From a virus: 64,000 nt of DNA. Both the position numbers and the translations under genes were made by a program. Each line of letters opens with the position of its first letter. The stretch's first letter is position 1. The stretch lies in the UHGV virus genome UHGV-0020019; one strand, written 5' to 3'. The notes beneath the pieces were generated by a model, which was not told the origin of the DNA, ran no database searches, and was given only the letters and a program-made list of their open reading frames with translations. Below are positions 40,912 through 51,370 of the stretch, piece by piece.

Positions 40912-41121
40912 CTATTTTGCTTTAACGTTATACACTCCATCAATGACCTCCACCTCATAACAATCGGGACAATAGTGTTTATCGTCTATCATTTCCCAGT
41001 CTGAGTAGTTGCCAATATTAACTTCTTTGTTGTTGAATAGTGGGGAACAAGTGTCCGTGCCTTCAAACACTTCTCCACATCTATCGCAAACTATTTGATA
41101 CATTGTAATAGGTCTGTACAT
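40912..41121 (-). CDS. Small zinc-ribbon protein, 69 aa
   Basis: CDRCG ... CPDC. Confidence 0.4.
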   Translation of the reverse strand: MYRPITMYQIVCDRCGEVFEGTDTCSPLFNNKEVNIGNYSDWEMIDDKHYCPDCYEVEVIDGVYNVKAK

Positions 41122-41429
41122 GACGTATCACCTTTATCTTTTTTGGAGTAAATGCCCAACAAGAATTGTATTGCGAATTTATCGAAGTCGAATTTGGCTC
41201 TACCAATAACTCCGTGGTATCTGTATTTGGTGAAGCACTTTTTACATTCACAGACGTGCATAAAACCTGAAGGAGTTTCACACCATCCTAAAATGTTTCT
41301 CGCCTCATCGTACCTACTATCATTGTCACATTCAGGATTAGGGCAACAGATGCCCTCGCTATACTCTATAGATTCCCAATTACTAATCTTCATTGGGAGC
41401 ATTTCTTTCATTATGCTTTTATCTGCCAT
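41091..41429 (-). CDS. Cys-rich hypothetical protein, 112 aa
   Basis: CCPNPECDN ... CECKKC. Confidence 0.4.
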   Translation of the reverse strand: MADKSIMKEMLPMKISNWESIEYSEGICCPNPECDNDSRYDEARNILGWCETPSGFMHVCECKKCFTKYRYHGVIGRAKFDFDKFAIQFLLGIYSKKDKGDTSCTDLLQCIK

Positions 41430-41431
41430 AA

Positions 41432-41623
41432 CTATTCCTCTTTAAGCTCTACAGGTTCATCCTCCCAAGACAACTCTCTTCCGATAAGTTTCTTGATGCT
41501 ACCTTTTGGAAGTTCTATGCATTTACAAGAACCATAATCGTCTCTCCAGCTATATACAGATTTGTGAGGTTCTGTTTCAAATATAAGTTCTGTTCCAAAA
41601 CTATTAACACATACCCATGCCAT
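41432..41623 (-). CDS. Hypothetical protein, 63 aa
   Basis: ORF-track ORF. Confidence 0.3.
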   Translation of the reverse strand: MAWVCVNSFGTELIFETEPHKSVYSWRDDYGSCKCIELPKGSIKKLIGRELSWEDEPVELKEE

Positions 41624-41625
41624 AA

Positions 41626-42012
41626 CTATTCCTCCGCTTTTACGCCAAATGGAGTGCCATCGGCAAAGGTGTAGTTATCAAACATACGCTCAAATGAAAC
41701 AGAGCCATTACTAAATATAACTCCTTTATTGTGTATATAGTTTACTATGGTTCGTGCATTTTCTCTTATTACCCTCAACCACCCAAATGGTTGATGCTTT
41801 TGCATCTCTGTCCAACACTCTTCTGTGTTGACAAAAGGTCTGTACTTTGGCTCTGGCTTAATGCGATATTCAAAAGATTTAAATGATAGTTCAGGAATTT
41901 TGGTTACTTTCTTCCAGTCTTCATTAAATCCTTTACTTCTATACTCTATATTCTTTCCTTCTGCAAATGCCTGAATAATAGGCAGCAGTTCTTTTGCTTG
42001 TTGTCTGTCCAT
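41626..42012 (-). CDS. Hypothetical protein, 128 aa
   Basis: ORF-track ORF. Confidence 0.4.
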   Translation of the reverse strand: MDRQQAKELLPIIQAFAEGKNIEYRSKGFNEDWKKVTKIPELSFKSFEYRIKPEPKYRPFVNTEECWTEMQKHQPFGWLRVIRENARTIVNYIHNKGVIFSNGSVSFERMFDNYTFADGTPFGVKAEE

Positions 42013-42224
42013 TATTTATCCTCCAATTCTTTAAGATAAACATATACATCTGTAAATGTAAAGTTTGTCATTTTTTTATATCTATTTACTATATCTTCTA
42101 CAAGATACCATTTGTTTTCAATGAGAACTGTCTCACCTATACGAGGAATATTATTGTAAGGGCATGTTTCATATTGCAATATGAAATTTTCCTCATCATC
42201 TTTTTCATAAAAGAATACATTCAT
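42012..42224 (-). CDS. Hypothetical protein, 70 aa
   Basis: ORF-track ORF. Confidence 0.3.
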   Translation of the reverse strand: MNVFFYEKDDEENFILQYETCPYNNIPRIGETVLIENKWYLVEDIVNRYKKMTNFTFTDVYVYLKELEDK

Positions 42225-42568
42225 AGCTTTTTGATTAGTAATTTACTTCTTTTAGAAACTGGTCTATAACCACTACGGAAATACCAATCTAAAACAAAAC
42301 TTTCAGATTCCTCCTTGTCAAATTTTATCCCAATTACTTTAACTCCATTTAACTTAGCCTGTTGCTCTGCAAGTTGTAATAGATGCTTTGCAGTACCACA
42401 TCTTCTATGAGTATCATCTACAAAGAGTGCATATATTAGAGCATCAGCTTTGTCAAAAATATCACTAGTATATAATGGAATGGATATTTGAACCGAACCA
42501 TGATTCTCTTCATCAGTTATTAAAATCCTGATTTCGTCCTTCCATGTCTGTTTTTGTATCATACTCAA
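42221..42568 (-). CDS. GNAT-family N-acetyltransferase
   Basis: VDDTHRRCGTAKHLLQLAEQQAK, the GNAT motif A (RRxGxA). Confidence 0.5.
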   Translation of the reverse strand: MSMIQKQTWKDEIRILITDEENHGSVQISIPLYTSDIFDKADALIYALFVDDTHRRCGTAKHLLQLAEQQAKLNGVKVIGIKFDKEESESFVLDWYFRSGYRPVSKRSKLLIKKL

Positions 42569-42768
42569 GCATCTTTATATTCTTCCCATCCATTTTCCCA
42601 AAAGCCACCAGAACGGATAGCCCAAAATTCTTGTTGAGGAAGGATAATTCCCTCTTCGTCAACTAACTCCTTTCCTTTGTATTGAACAAACTCACCTTTT
42701 GAAAATGAGTTATGTCTTATCGGCTTTCCTACGCTGATAACAAAAGCCATTGCTTCTTGCTTTGTCAT
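42565..42768 (-). CDS. Hypothetical protein, 67 aa
   Basis: ORF-track ORF. Confidence 0.3.
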   Translation of the reverse strand: MTKQEAMAFVISVGKPIRHNSFSKGEFVQYKGKELVDEEGIILPQQEFWAIRSGGFWENGWEEYKDA

Positions 42769-42903
42769 GTCAATCCTCCAACTCTTTTTTAGCTAAGCGT
42801 AACTCATTTTGAAGGTGCTTAGCCGTGGCTTCACTTATTCTAACTCTTTTAGTTCCCAATATCTTAGAAACATTATTGATATGAATTATCGCTTTTTCTT
42901 TAC

Positions 42904-43239
42904 TCATTGTTTATTCTCCTTAACTTTATAGAACTCTGGAACTCTATTTACTTCCCACCAAGAACCTCCTTCATCTCCACGAGACACTATCCATACTGGT
43001 TCTTTAGTATCTTTATCTCGACAATATACTGTGCCTTGAACCTCTTCTTGCATGAAGATAGAATCTACTTCAAAGTCTAAGTATTCTAAAGTAGTATAAA
43101 CTTTACAAGACTCATCTTTTCCTTCACCATAGAATCTAGCAGCGGATTCTATATCATTGCACAAGTCTATTTTAAGTATTTCTAGATTATTCTTTTCGAC
43201 AATATCTAGAATTGACTTTTTGATATTCATTTTACACAT
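42904..43239 (-). CDS. Hypothetical protein, 111 aa
   Basis: ORF-track ORF. Confidence 0.4.
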   Translation of the reverse strand: MCKMNIKKSILDIVEKNNLEILKIDLCNDIESAARFYGEGKDESCKVYTTLEYLDFEVDSIFMQEEVQGTVYCRDKDTKEPVWIVSRGDEGGSWWEVNRVPEFYKVKENKQ

Positions 43240-43662
43240 TATTCATCCTCCAACTCTTTAAGACCTTCAAGTGCTTGAATGATATATTCAATAGCATTTA
43301 TTAATTTATCATCAACATCAGTAGCTGCATATTTATACTTATTATTAATAGTATTAATATTTCCCTGGGCTTTTTGTATTAATTTCTTTATATTTTCTTT
43401 ATTCATAATTTATCCTCCAATTCTTTTTGAATGTTATCTAACCACATAAGAATAATAACGGATTGGAGTCTTTATGAGCCTTTCACTCATTAACGGTCTT
43501 CGATGTGTACTAAATGCTTGATGCCTTTTCCACATAAGAGTGCTCTGAGGTGAATTGTCAAGCGGTAATTGATATTTTATGGCTACACCTAATGCCAACC
43601 AATCAAATTCGAGCACAACTTTTTCATTATTATCTTAATTTCACCAAGGAGAGGGTGGTTAG

Positions 43663-44154
43663 TTACTCAGTTACAACTTCCCAATCTTCCGCAAATACAT
43701 CAGATGAAGAAGGAACCCAAGAATCAGCACGACCATCAGGATTGATAATCAACATCTGATTGGTGTAGTCAATGTGAGGATTCTCACGACTCATCAAGAT
43801 GTTCTTGGCAGACTGAGGCAGCGACTGCATATTAGGAATGATATCACCAGTGATATGAGCAGGAACTTGCTTTATGATAAACAATCCCTTACCATTCCAT
43901 CCCTTGCGTCTTACTGCAAGACCAGCTTTCAGGCAATTAATAGCATCGCCAAAGTTCATTACTCCAACCTCATGATAAGCTTTCTCAAATACGTCTTTAG
44001 GAGACCAACTTTCATAGCCGCCTTCATAGACAACTTTATAGCCATCTTCACGGTTCATTAACCTTGGCACAGCTTCATCTTTAAGATACACTTTACCATT
44101 AACTCGCCACGCTGGGGTGGCATCTACAACTTTTGTACCAATGTACTTTTTCAT
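43663..44154 (-). CDS. DUF2829-like (Tad2-like) domain protein; candidate anti-Thoeris sponge; N-terminal ~60-aa extra module
   Basis: MNFGDAINCLKAGLAVRRKGWNGKGLFI ... EDWEVV resembles the DUF2829 consensus (f.eAl.alk.Gk.vrR.gW.g); recognised from memory. Confidence 0.4.
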   Translation of the reverse strand: MKKYIGTKVVDATPAWRVNGKVYLKDEAVPRLMNREDGYKVVYEGGYESWSPKDVFEKAYHEVGVMNFGDAINCLKAGLAVRRKGWNGKGLFIIKQVPAHITGDIIPNMQSLPQSAKNILMSRENPHIDYTNQMLIINPDGRADSWVPSSSDVFAEDWEVVTE

Positions 44155-44193
44155 ATCAATTTATTTTATGTCCTCATAGAGGATGATTAGTTA

Positions 44194-44406
44194 CTAAAGT
44201 TCATCAAGTTCTTTTTGAAGTCTCTGCCTTGTTTCATGCAGAAGCTGCTTGAATTTAGTTTCAAATTCCCTATCATACTGTGATAGTACTCGAATGGTAT
44301 CAATAAGTCTAATATTTGAATTTGAAGATATATCTAAAAAGCTATCTATTTTAGGAATCAAAATCTTAGCTAAGATATTTGCTCTTTCTAATTTATCTAT
44401 ATTCAT
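44194..44406 (-). CDS. Hypothetical protein, 70 aa
   Basis: ORF-track ORF. Confidence 0.35.
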   Translation of the reverse strand: MNIDKLERANILAKILIPKIDSFLDISSNSNIRLIDTIRVLSQYDREFETKFKQLLHETRQRLQKELDEL

Positions 44407-44801
44407 ATTACTATCTATTTATATCTTTTAAAGGATGGTTAATCAACTAATTCTGCTCCAAGATAGCCATAAAAAGAACCATCGCTACCTTCTGGAACAA
44501 AATCTTTGTACCATAATTCCCAAGGGTCTGTAGCACACCCTCTGTGGTCTATATAGGGATAATATACATAATGTATTTCTTCATATACATTATTTCGATA
44601 TTTCACTTCCCACCTCATACTCTATTTATTTATGCCCGAAGGCTGTTAAACATTAACTTATATAAGACAAGCTGATACCCAATATACCTGCTCCTAATAT
44701 CATAAGTATGACTCCTTGGAGCATAGATTTAAAATCTTTCAAAAACAAATATGCTCCAAATATAATCAATGCTATACCTATCATAAATAATACTTTCATA
44801 C

Positions 44802-45218
44802 CTACACCTCCATTTCGTGAGAAAGTCCTAAACCGAAGAAAAGGTTCTGGAGTTCATGAATATAATGAATCCCAAATTTTAATGGCTCTCCACGCATATC
44901 TATAACCCAACCATCCTTCTTATTTTGATAATAAAGTTGAAAACAGGTATAGTTATCTTCATCATCTTCATCACCTCCCATAAATGCTTCTGATAAAGAA
45001 AATACACTTCCGTCTTTTTCTTCTTTATCCCATCTATTCTTCTCTAGAATCTCTTGGGTAAGACTTACTGGCTTTATCTCATCAATATCAACAAGACAAT
45101 ACACAAGCCCTTCTTTAGGACAAGACAAGTCAAAGTGACTTCCGTCTCTAGGCTCTTTAACAACCATTACTTTGTTGTCATACTCAACAATATCACCAAT
45201 TATATATTTCTGTTCCAT
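44802..45218 (-). CDS. Hypothetical protein, 138 aa
   Basis: ORF-track ORF. Confidence 0.4.
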   Translation of the reverse strand: MEQKYIIGDIVEYDNKVMVVKEPRDGSHFDLSCPKEGLVYCLVDIDEIKPVSLTQEILEKNRWDKEEKDGSVFSLSEAFMGGDEDDEDNYTCFQLYYQNKKDGWVIDMRGEPLKFGIHYIHELQNLFFGLGLSHEMEV

Positions 45219-45235
45219 ACGCTTTACTTTAAACT

Positions 45236-45748
45236 TTAATACAGGAATGCACTCATAGATGATGCATCATTGAAGTAATCCTCTGCTTCATCAACTCCAT
45301 TAAAATCACTCAAAGGGTCATCATACTCACTTTCTGACATATTTCTTAGAATATTATCCAAAGAATCATAATAACCACCTTTTCTAGGGACACTAACAGG
45401 TATTAGGTCATATTCTTTGTTATAATACCTTTCTAAGAAGATTTTTGCAAGCTTATGGTCACTATACTCTTTTAGTACGCCAAAAAAGCCTTCACGAGAA
45501 ACAAAAGGGGTCTTTATACCTTTATCTTTGATATACTTCTTTAAGTTTTCCTTATTGTACACGAATTTATTAGAGCCTTCGGCTTTTGCCTTTGCTACGG
45601 CATCAAAGCATTCTTGTTCTAGCTCATTCAACTGGAACTGAGTGTTCTCTAGTAACCAAAGGATATAACCTGTATGGGCTATGATGATACCACAGATTTC
45701 TTTTCCTTTATACTTTCCGAACCTAAACTTTCTAAACTCCATACGCAT
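45236..45748 (-). CDS. Hypothetical protein with an FGKYKGKEI...ILW motif (DUF3820-like)
   Basis: Motif recollection only. Confidence 0.35.
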   Translation of the reverse strand: MRMEFRKFRFGKYKGKEICGIIIAHTGYILWLLENTQFQLNELEQECFDAVAKAKAEGSNKFVYNKENLKKYIKDKGIKTPFVSREGFFGVLKEYSDHKLAKIFLERYYNKEYDLIPVSVPRKGGYYDSLDNILRNMSESEYDDPLSDFNGVDEAEDYFNDASSMSAFLY

Positions 45749-45765
45749 TGTTCTTTAATAACAAG

Positions 45766-46041
45766 TTAAGCACACCAACTACATTTACCAATATATAATT
45801 TATCGCTCAACTCTTTACAGATAGTATTATATTCATCAACTGTTATGTTATAATGCTTCAATACATCTGATGTAGGTAATTCAGGTTCAAAATACATATC
45901 ACCACAACCATAAGGTTCTCTTTCATTTTCATTATGGTCGAAAACACTACCAAAATCTCTATAATAAGCAGGTATCCCATTAATAGTAAATACTTCTAAT
46001 TCACAAGGTAATGAGTGAAAAGGTCTAATAACTAATTCCAT
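45766..46041 (-). CDS. Hypothetical protein, 91 aa
   Basis: ORF-track ORF. Confidence 0.35.
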   Translation of the reverse strand: MELVIRPFHSLPCELEVFTINGIPAYYRDFGSVFDHNENEREPYGCGDMYFEPELPTSDVLKHYNITVDEYNTICKELSDKLYIGKCSWCA

Positions 46042-46046
46042 ACGCT

Positions 46047-46280
46047 TTACTTTTTAAGATGATTAAACTTCTTTATAGCATCCTTCTTTGAAGCTGCCAT
46101 AATTTTCATACCTTTGATAGTGAACTCATGCTGTACCTTTGGTTGACATTTCTGTTTGTCAGAAGGGATATTACCTTTCAGTGTATCAAGTGTAGGAGTT
46201 GGACTCCTAAAAATATCACCTTGTGCATAAGCAGCCGTAGCAGCCATCATTAACACCTTTCTTATTAAATTTCTGCTCAT
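46047..46280 (-). CDS. Small protein with an N-terminal signal-peptide-like segment
   Basis: MSRNLIRKVLMMAATAAYAQG. Confidence 0.35.
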   Translation of the reverse strand: MSRNLIRKVLMMAATAAYAQGDIFRSPTPTLDTLKGNIPSDKQKCQPKVQHEFTIKGMKIMAASKKDAIKKFNHLKK

Positions 46281-46468
46281 ACGCTTACTCCTTAACTTCT
46301 TTAAAGATTACATTCTTGTGGTCTGAGCGTTGTTTACTTGCACATGGGTATTTTTTCCAAACTTCACAAGCACCCTTAACATAAAAGAAACAACCTTCAC
46401 AAGTTACATTCTTAGTTACAACGGTATCCAAGACAATTCTTTCTCCAACTTTAAGCTCTTTCATACAC

Positions 46469-46657
46469 CTATTCTTTTATATCTTTAATATAGCACCACT
46501 TTGTGATATTGTTTCTCTTTACATAATCTTTCCAGTAAATAGAAGAGTAAAGATAATCAGTATCATACTTAAACTCCCCATCTTCTCCATCGTACCATTC
46601 TGTAACTATCCACTCCTGGTAGTTTGGAACTTCTTTTGCTGAGTGCCACTTAGTCAT
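46469..46657 (-). CDS. Hypothetical protein, 62 aa
   Basis: ORF-track ORF. Confidence 0.3.
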   Translation of the reverse strand: MTKWHSAKEVPNYQEWIVTEWYDGEDGEFKYDTDYLYSSIYWKDYVKRNNITKWCYIKDIKE

Positions 46658-47027
46658 TATTACTTTCTTTATTTAAATTATCTACCCAAGTGTCTAAAGC
46701 TTTAATACACTTATCAGGAAGTTCTTTAGCTGTAGGATTATCTTTCAGATAGTCTATTGTTCCTCCTACTCCGTAAATCTTATATAGTTGATTTTCAGAA
46801 GGGACAAATATAACTACTAATATAGAAATAGTTAATATTGTATATGTCCAGTTTTTAGTTTTATTAAAATCTTTATAACTAAGTGTTGATATTCCTTCTT
46901 TTATTTCTTCTGCATAAAACAAATTTACAAGAAAGCAAACACTGCTAAATATTAAACTTACTGCACATATTAACATACCCAGATTCTTCAAATTATCTAA
47001 AATAGTAATCCAATATAATGTACTCAT
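46650..47027 (-). CDS. Membrane protein (2 predicted transmembrane segments), 125 aa
   Basis: Two hydrophobic stretches in the ORF-track translation. Confidence 0.4.
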   Translation of the reverse strand: MSTLYWITILDNLKNLGMLICAVSLIFSSVCFLVNLFYAEEIKEGISTLSYKDFNKTKNWTYTILTISILVVIFVPSENQLYKIYGVGGTIDYLKDNPTAKELPDKCIKALDTWVDNLNKESNND

Positions 47028-47163
47028 TTTTTACCTCTCTTTCTGTTTAAAAGTTTTTGACCATATTCTTTTGGTGACATCTGAAGAGTAAAGCAATCTA
47101 CTTTATATTTCATAGTGTCATAAAACCCAGAAATGTATAAATTATACATACGTTTTATAGATT

Positions 47164-47496
47164 TCATTGTTCACCTCCTTCCTTTGGGAATAAATCATCA
47201 ATATATAGCCAACGAGTGATATTAGCCCCAGAACTATAAGCCACCCAATTTTTAAACAGAGCATCATTTCTCTTAAAAGAAAGATAAGTATTAATACTTT
47301 CTGTTAATTTTGCTTCTGCAAGGACTTCTTTGAACTCCTTTGGCTCTTCACTAGTGGGATGCCATAGATTCTTCAAAAGCTCCTTGATAGCCCACTTAGC
47401 GCCACATATAAATCCTTTTTCTAAAGAATCTGATTCTCCATACATTCCAAAAGTTTCTTCAAAAGAAGCTTCTTCTATTTTTTTATTATCTACCAT
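47164..47496 (-). CDS. Hypothetical protein, 110 aa
   Basis: ORF-track ORF. Confidence 0.4.
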   Translation of the reverse strand: MVDNKKIEEASFEETFGMYGESDSLEKGFICGAKWAIKELLKNLWHPTSEEPKEFKEVLAEAKLTESINTYLSFKRNDALFKNWVAYSSGANITRWLYIDDLFPKEGGEQ

Positions 47497-47499
47497 AAC

Positions 47500-47838
47500 T
47501 TAATCCTCCTTTAGTACTTTTATCAATCTATTAGCATGCATAAAAGCTAACCTTTCTTCACTGTAGCTAGTTTCATTTTTCTGTGTAATAATTATTTTTA
47601 GGAGTTCTTTTGCTATCTCATATCTTCTCTGCTCCCAATCAATTGTAGCACCTAAGTTAGGAATCTTTTCAAAGTCCCAATAGTAATTAAGAGACTCTTC
47701 TACATGTTCTACACCTTTGCTATCTATATATGAAACGCTATCATATTTACGCCTTCTTGTATTACCATTAAAACAGATAATATCCACAACTTCGCCTGTC
47801 TTTCTGATTTTAGCTTTCATCCCTCTTATCCTTTCCAT
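47500..47838 (-). CDS. Hypothetical protein, 112 aa
   Basis: ORF-track ORF. Confidence 0.4.
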   Translation of the reverse strand: MERIRGMKAKIRKTGEVVDIICFNGNTRRRKYDSVSYIDSKGVEHVEESLNYYWDFEKIPNLGATIDWEQRRYEIAKELLKIIITQKNETSYSEERLAFMHANRLIKVLKED

Positions 47839-48836
47839 TCACCAGTAGCCTTCACATCTTTAGTTGTACCTAATAATGATTCATTGCCTTCGTATGGGAT
47901 GCAGAGTTTTACCCATTCCCCACCAATTACTTGATATGGTTCTCTACCAAAAGGGAGATAACATGCAAAGAAGGATGGTCTCCACATTTCATCTAAACAA
48001 TCCCTTACCAACACCTTATCAAATGGCTTTAGAGTCCACTTTGGCTTCAAGTTCACAATCTGTTTCTTCTCAGCATCCCAAGCCTTGTTTTCCTTTTCTA
48101 AGGCTGCAAAGAGTTGCTGTTTTTCCTCTTCTGTGGCAGGACGGTCTGATATACAATCAGCTTTATAATTTTCAAATGTTTGTATAGGTTTTCCATCATT
48201 ACTAAAATTAAAACCAATATAATATCTACCCCAACAAAAATTATTTTTAATCTCCTTTTCTTTAAAGATTCTAATATTCTTTCTTTCTAAATCTACTGCC
48301 ACAATATCCCCATCCTTGAACTCTGGCTTTTCTATTTCCAAAGTTTCGAGATTTAGCTTACCACCTAATCTTTTTTCAATCTCTCTAATATATTTATAGG
48401 CAACATTGTTATCTAACTTATCAAACTTATCTGTTCTTGCATTTGATATATCTTCGTAACCATCCCTGCTATTAGAATAGCATCCATTGAATTTTGTATA
48501 ATCATTAGATGCCCATTCTTTGAAAATACACTGAAATCCACAGCTATTGACAAGTAAATCACCCTTCTTCCAAGCAAACTTAGACCAATCTCGCATCTCC
48601 TTTGATGGGAATAATATAGGTTCTCCATACAAACTGTATTTCCCATCACTATAAAAATACAGTATATATCCACTTTCATCTGAAAGGACAATACTAAATT
48701 CAGATTTAATATTTATCTCTCTTATACTAAGTTCACCAAAAGCATCAGTATAAAGCTTGGTTCCTTCTGGCTTATCCTTTAGGATTTCCGCTATATTTAA
48801 TTTTGTTTCCATATTAGTCTTTATAAATTGTGTCAA
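47826..48836 (-). CDS. Hypothetical protein, 336 aa
   Basis: ORF-track ORF. Confidence 0.45.
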   Translation of the reverse strand: MTQFIKTNMETKLNIAEILKDKPEGTKLYTDAFGELSIREINIKSEFSIVLSDESGYILYFYSDGKYSLYGEPILFPSKEMRDWSKFAWKKGDLLVNSCGFQCIFKEWASNDYTKFNGCYSNSRDGYEDISNARTDKFDKLDNNVAYKYIREIEKRLGGKLNLETLEIEKPEFKDGDIVAVDLERKNIRIFKEKEIKNNFCWGRYYIGFNFSNDGKPIQTFENYKADCISDRPATEEEKQQLFAALEKENKAWDAEKKQIVNLKPKWTLKPFDKVLVRDCLDEMWRPSFFACYLPFGREPYQVIGGEWVKLCIPYEGNESLLGTTKDVKATGEWKG

Positions 48837-49434
48837 GAATATCTTTAAAATCAGGATTATTTATAACAGCTATAGCATCTTCTTTATTTTTGAAGTAGAC
48901 AGTACTATAAGCATAATTATACATATAATCTACTGCATAAGTACCAGTATTACTATATACAATAAAATATTTAGATGTATTGGAGGCATTCCAATCAGGT
49001 TTCCAACCTTTATTATAATAATTAGCAATATTAATAAGTTTATCTATAGCACTTAACTTAGTTACATTATTTATATTGCATGCAACACCTGTAAGGTCTT
49101 TTTCAAGATTTAAAGCATCTATGATATCTTTATAAGTAATATCACTCTTCTTAAATTTAATGATGCCTTTAGATAAATCACTATGTTCTATATCTATAAT
49201 ATGCCCCTCAGGAATATCAATAGTTAATTGATTATTTTTTGTTTCCATATTATTTATTTCTTTAAATATTACACTAGTTTTATCTGATCTGTTACTAATC
49301 ATACAACCACCAATAGATGGTTCAATAAGACCGCATAGTTTACCTTTAAATGCACAACGTGCACATACAATAGATTCTACTACCTGATAAGTTTTACCAT
49401 TATAAGTAAATACTTCACCTACTTTTCTTTCCAT
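48814..49434 (-). CDS. Hypothetical protein, 206 aa; distant paralog of 38793..39707
   Basis: See the paralog. Confidence 0.5.
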   Translation of the reverse strand: MERKVGEVFTYNGKTYQVVESIVCARCAFKGKLCGLIEPSIGGCMISNRSDKTSVIFKEINNMETKNNQLTIDIPEGHIIDIEHSDLSKGIIKFKKSDITYKDIIDALNLEKDLTGVACNINNVTKLSAIDKLINIANYYNKGWKPDWNASNTSKYFIVYSNTGTYAVDYMYNYAYSTVYFKNKEDAIAVINNPDFKDILDTIYKD

Positions 49435-49481
49435 CCTATTATTTATTGTAAATATAAAAAGTAATACTATGGTGATACAAA

Positions 49482-50063
49482 TTAATCAATCCATATCCAG
49501 TCACAGTTTGTACCACCATAAATAACTTCAAATAGAAGTCTTCCAAACCATTTAGAAATATGCAAAGCAGCTTTCTTTGAATTAACTGACCTAAAGCCAG
49601 AAAGTGCTCCAGCATTAGACACATTGTCACCTAAGTCACAGCAACCGAGACCTAAAGACGAGCCACGAAAAATACTACCACTTATAACATCGAACTCTTC
49701 CCCTTCTGATTGGATTCGTCCTACAATGATGTCACCACAACAATTCATAAGTCTTCCAGGTCGACAGAACTCAATAGTAGGAATCCAACGTTCTCCAGTG
49801 GTAAGATGCCTCTGTTCATTGTAGGTTACAGCTGCAACTACTGCTCTGTAAGCAGCTATCTTCCACTCATATGAGTTTCTAGGAAGTCTAGACAATGAGT
49901 CCAGAATATCCTTACAGATTTTCTTATTTATAATAAATTGGACAGCATCTTCAATGGATTTGATACTTTCCATAGTATCTTCATCATCAAAGATAATACG
50001 ACCATCCTTCCAAATAGCTTTTTTACCATCTGGAACTTCAATTTCTAATATTTGTTTTTTCAT
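49482..50063 (-). CDS. Hypothetical protein, 193 aa
   Basis: ORF-track ORF. Confidence 0.45.
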   Translation of the reverse strand: MKKQILEIEVPDGKKAIWKDGRIIFDDEDTMESIKSIEDAVQFIINKKICKDILDSLSRLPRNSYEWKIAAYRAVVAAVTYNEQRHLTTGERWIPTIEFCRPGRLMNCCGDIIVGRIQSEGEEFDVISGSIFRGSSLGLGCCDLGDNVSNAGALSGFRSVNSKKAALHISKWFGRLLFEVIYGGTNCDWIWID

Positions 50064-50240
50064 AATTTTATATTTAAATACTATTCAACCACCAAACTTC
50101 AGAAAATACAGTATGACTGTCAAATGAATGACACTCTACTTCTATGCTATTACTAGTTCTGTCTACTTTAAGAACTTTAAACCACATAGGCTTTTGAACT
50201 AATTTCCAAGCTTGTTGAAAACGAGTACCTACTTTTAATT

Positions 50241-50564
50241 CTATTTTGCCCATTCTGAATCAATATTAAGAAGTCTAAATACATATCTAAGAGTATAAAA
50301 AAGATTCTCATCATGATTCATATTTTTATAAATCTGATAAGCTAATTCAGCATATTCTTTCTTCTCAAATCTAAGAGAACCAATTACTCCTGTATGAGAA
50401 CTAACATAATAACCATTTTTATCCTTACTAATAGTATAATCAGGTTCTTTATTTAATTTTTTCTGAAGCTCTAGATATAATCTAACCTGTTCAGAAAGTG
50501 TTAAATTATTAATAATTTCGTCCATAGTTTTAACAATTACTATATTTATCATACATAATTTCAA
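50241..50564 (-). CDS. Hypothetical protein, 107 aa
   Basis: ORF-track ORF. Confidence 0.4.
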   Translation of the reverse strand: MKLCMINIVIVKTMDEIINNLTLSEQVRLYLELQKKLNKEPDYTISKDKNGYYVSSHTGVIGSLRFEKKEYAELAYQIYKNMNHDENLFYTLRYVFRLLNIDSEWAK

Positions 50565-51216
50565 AGTCTATCATGTCACCATATTTAGCTTGAGTGATAA
50601 GCATACCAAAGTACTTTCCAAAGTGTTGAGCAATCCCTCTATTACGGCAACCTAAAAATGCAAGGTGAGCAGGAGCTTTTCCTTCAGCTGAACAATAATG
50701 ATAAGCTCCTAAATTAATCCTATTGTCAATATCAACATCAAAATGAGGATTACAATTTAAAACATGGTATACTCTTTTTCTGTATTTAAATTGTCCTAAT
50801 ACTTCTATTCTACCTTTTTTAATTTCAGTTTCATAACATGATGGGGTTGCCACAAAGGGATTATGAGGAGAACAATATCTACCAACATCCCACTTTTCAT
50901 ACGTAAGACATAAATTATTATGCAAATGAAGAGCTTTTCTAATTATATTTAACTTGAACATGGCAGCAGAAGCCTTACTAACAGTAGCTATATTTTCAGC
51001 AATAGAAGATATAGCATCATAATTAAGACCAAGAGCTTCACAAGCCATCTTGAAGGTTGTAATACTCTTAAAATGATATACTAACTCGTCTTCAGTAAAG
51101 GATTGAAGTGCAATCTCTCTGAGGGATTCATTTTTACTATGAAATAACTCTATAGCTTTTTCAAGAGTGATAGTTACATTTCTTGTTTCCATATTATTTA
51201 ATTTTAAATTAGACAA
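50530..51216 (-). CDS. Hypothetical protein, 228 aa
   Basis: ORF-track ORF. Confidence 0.45.
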   Translation of the reverse strand: MSNLKLNNMETRNVTITLEKAIELFHSKNESLREIALQSFTEDELVYHFKSITTFKMACEALGLNYDAISSIAENIATVSKASAAMFKLNIIRKALHLHNNLCLTYEKWDVGRYCSPHNPFVATPSCYETEIKKGRIEVLGQFKYRKRVYHVLNCNPHFDVDIDNRINLGAYHYCSAEGKAPAHLAFLGCRNRGIAQHFGKYFGMLITQAKYGDMIDFEIMYDKYSNC

Positions 51217-51245
51217 TAAAAAAGGAGTCTATAAGAATAGACTCC
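51215..51245 (-). terminator. Intrinsic terminator downstream of the minus-strand tRNA cluster
   Basis: 8-bp stem GGAGTCTA/TAGACTCC with a 6-nt loop, followed on the minus strand by UUUUUUAUU. Confidence 0.45.
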
Positions 51246-51291
51246 TAACTGAATTTTACATACATAAAACTCATACCTTGTTGCAGCTAAG

Positions 51292-51365
51292 TAGGCTCGA
51301 AGGGGATTGAACCCTTACTCTCTTGATTATGAGTCAATTGCATTCACCAATTATGCTACAAGCCC
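51292..51365 (-). tRNA. tRNA-Met or Ile2 (anticodon CAT)
   Basis: Manual fold: acceptor GGGCTTG/CGAGCCT (two G-U pairs), D-arm GCAT..ATGC, anticodon loop CTCATAA, T-arm AAGGG-TTCAATC-CCCTT. Confidence 0.65.
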
Positions 51366-51370
51366 TAAAG

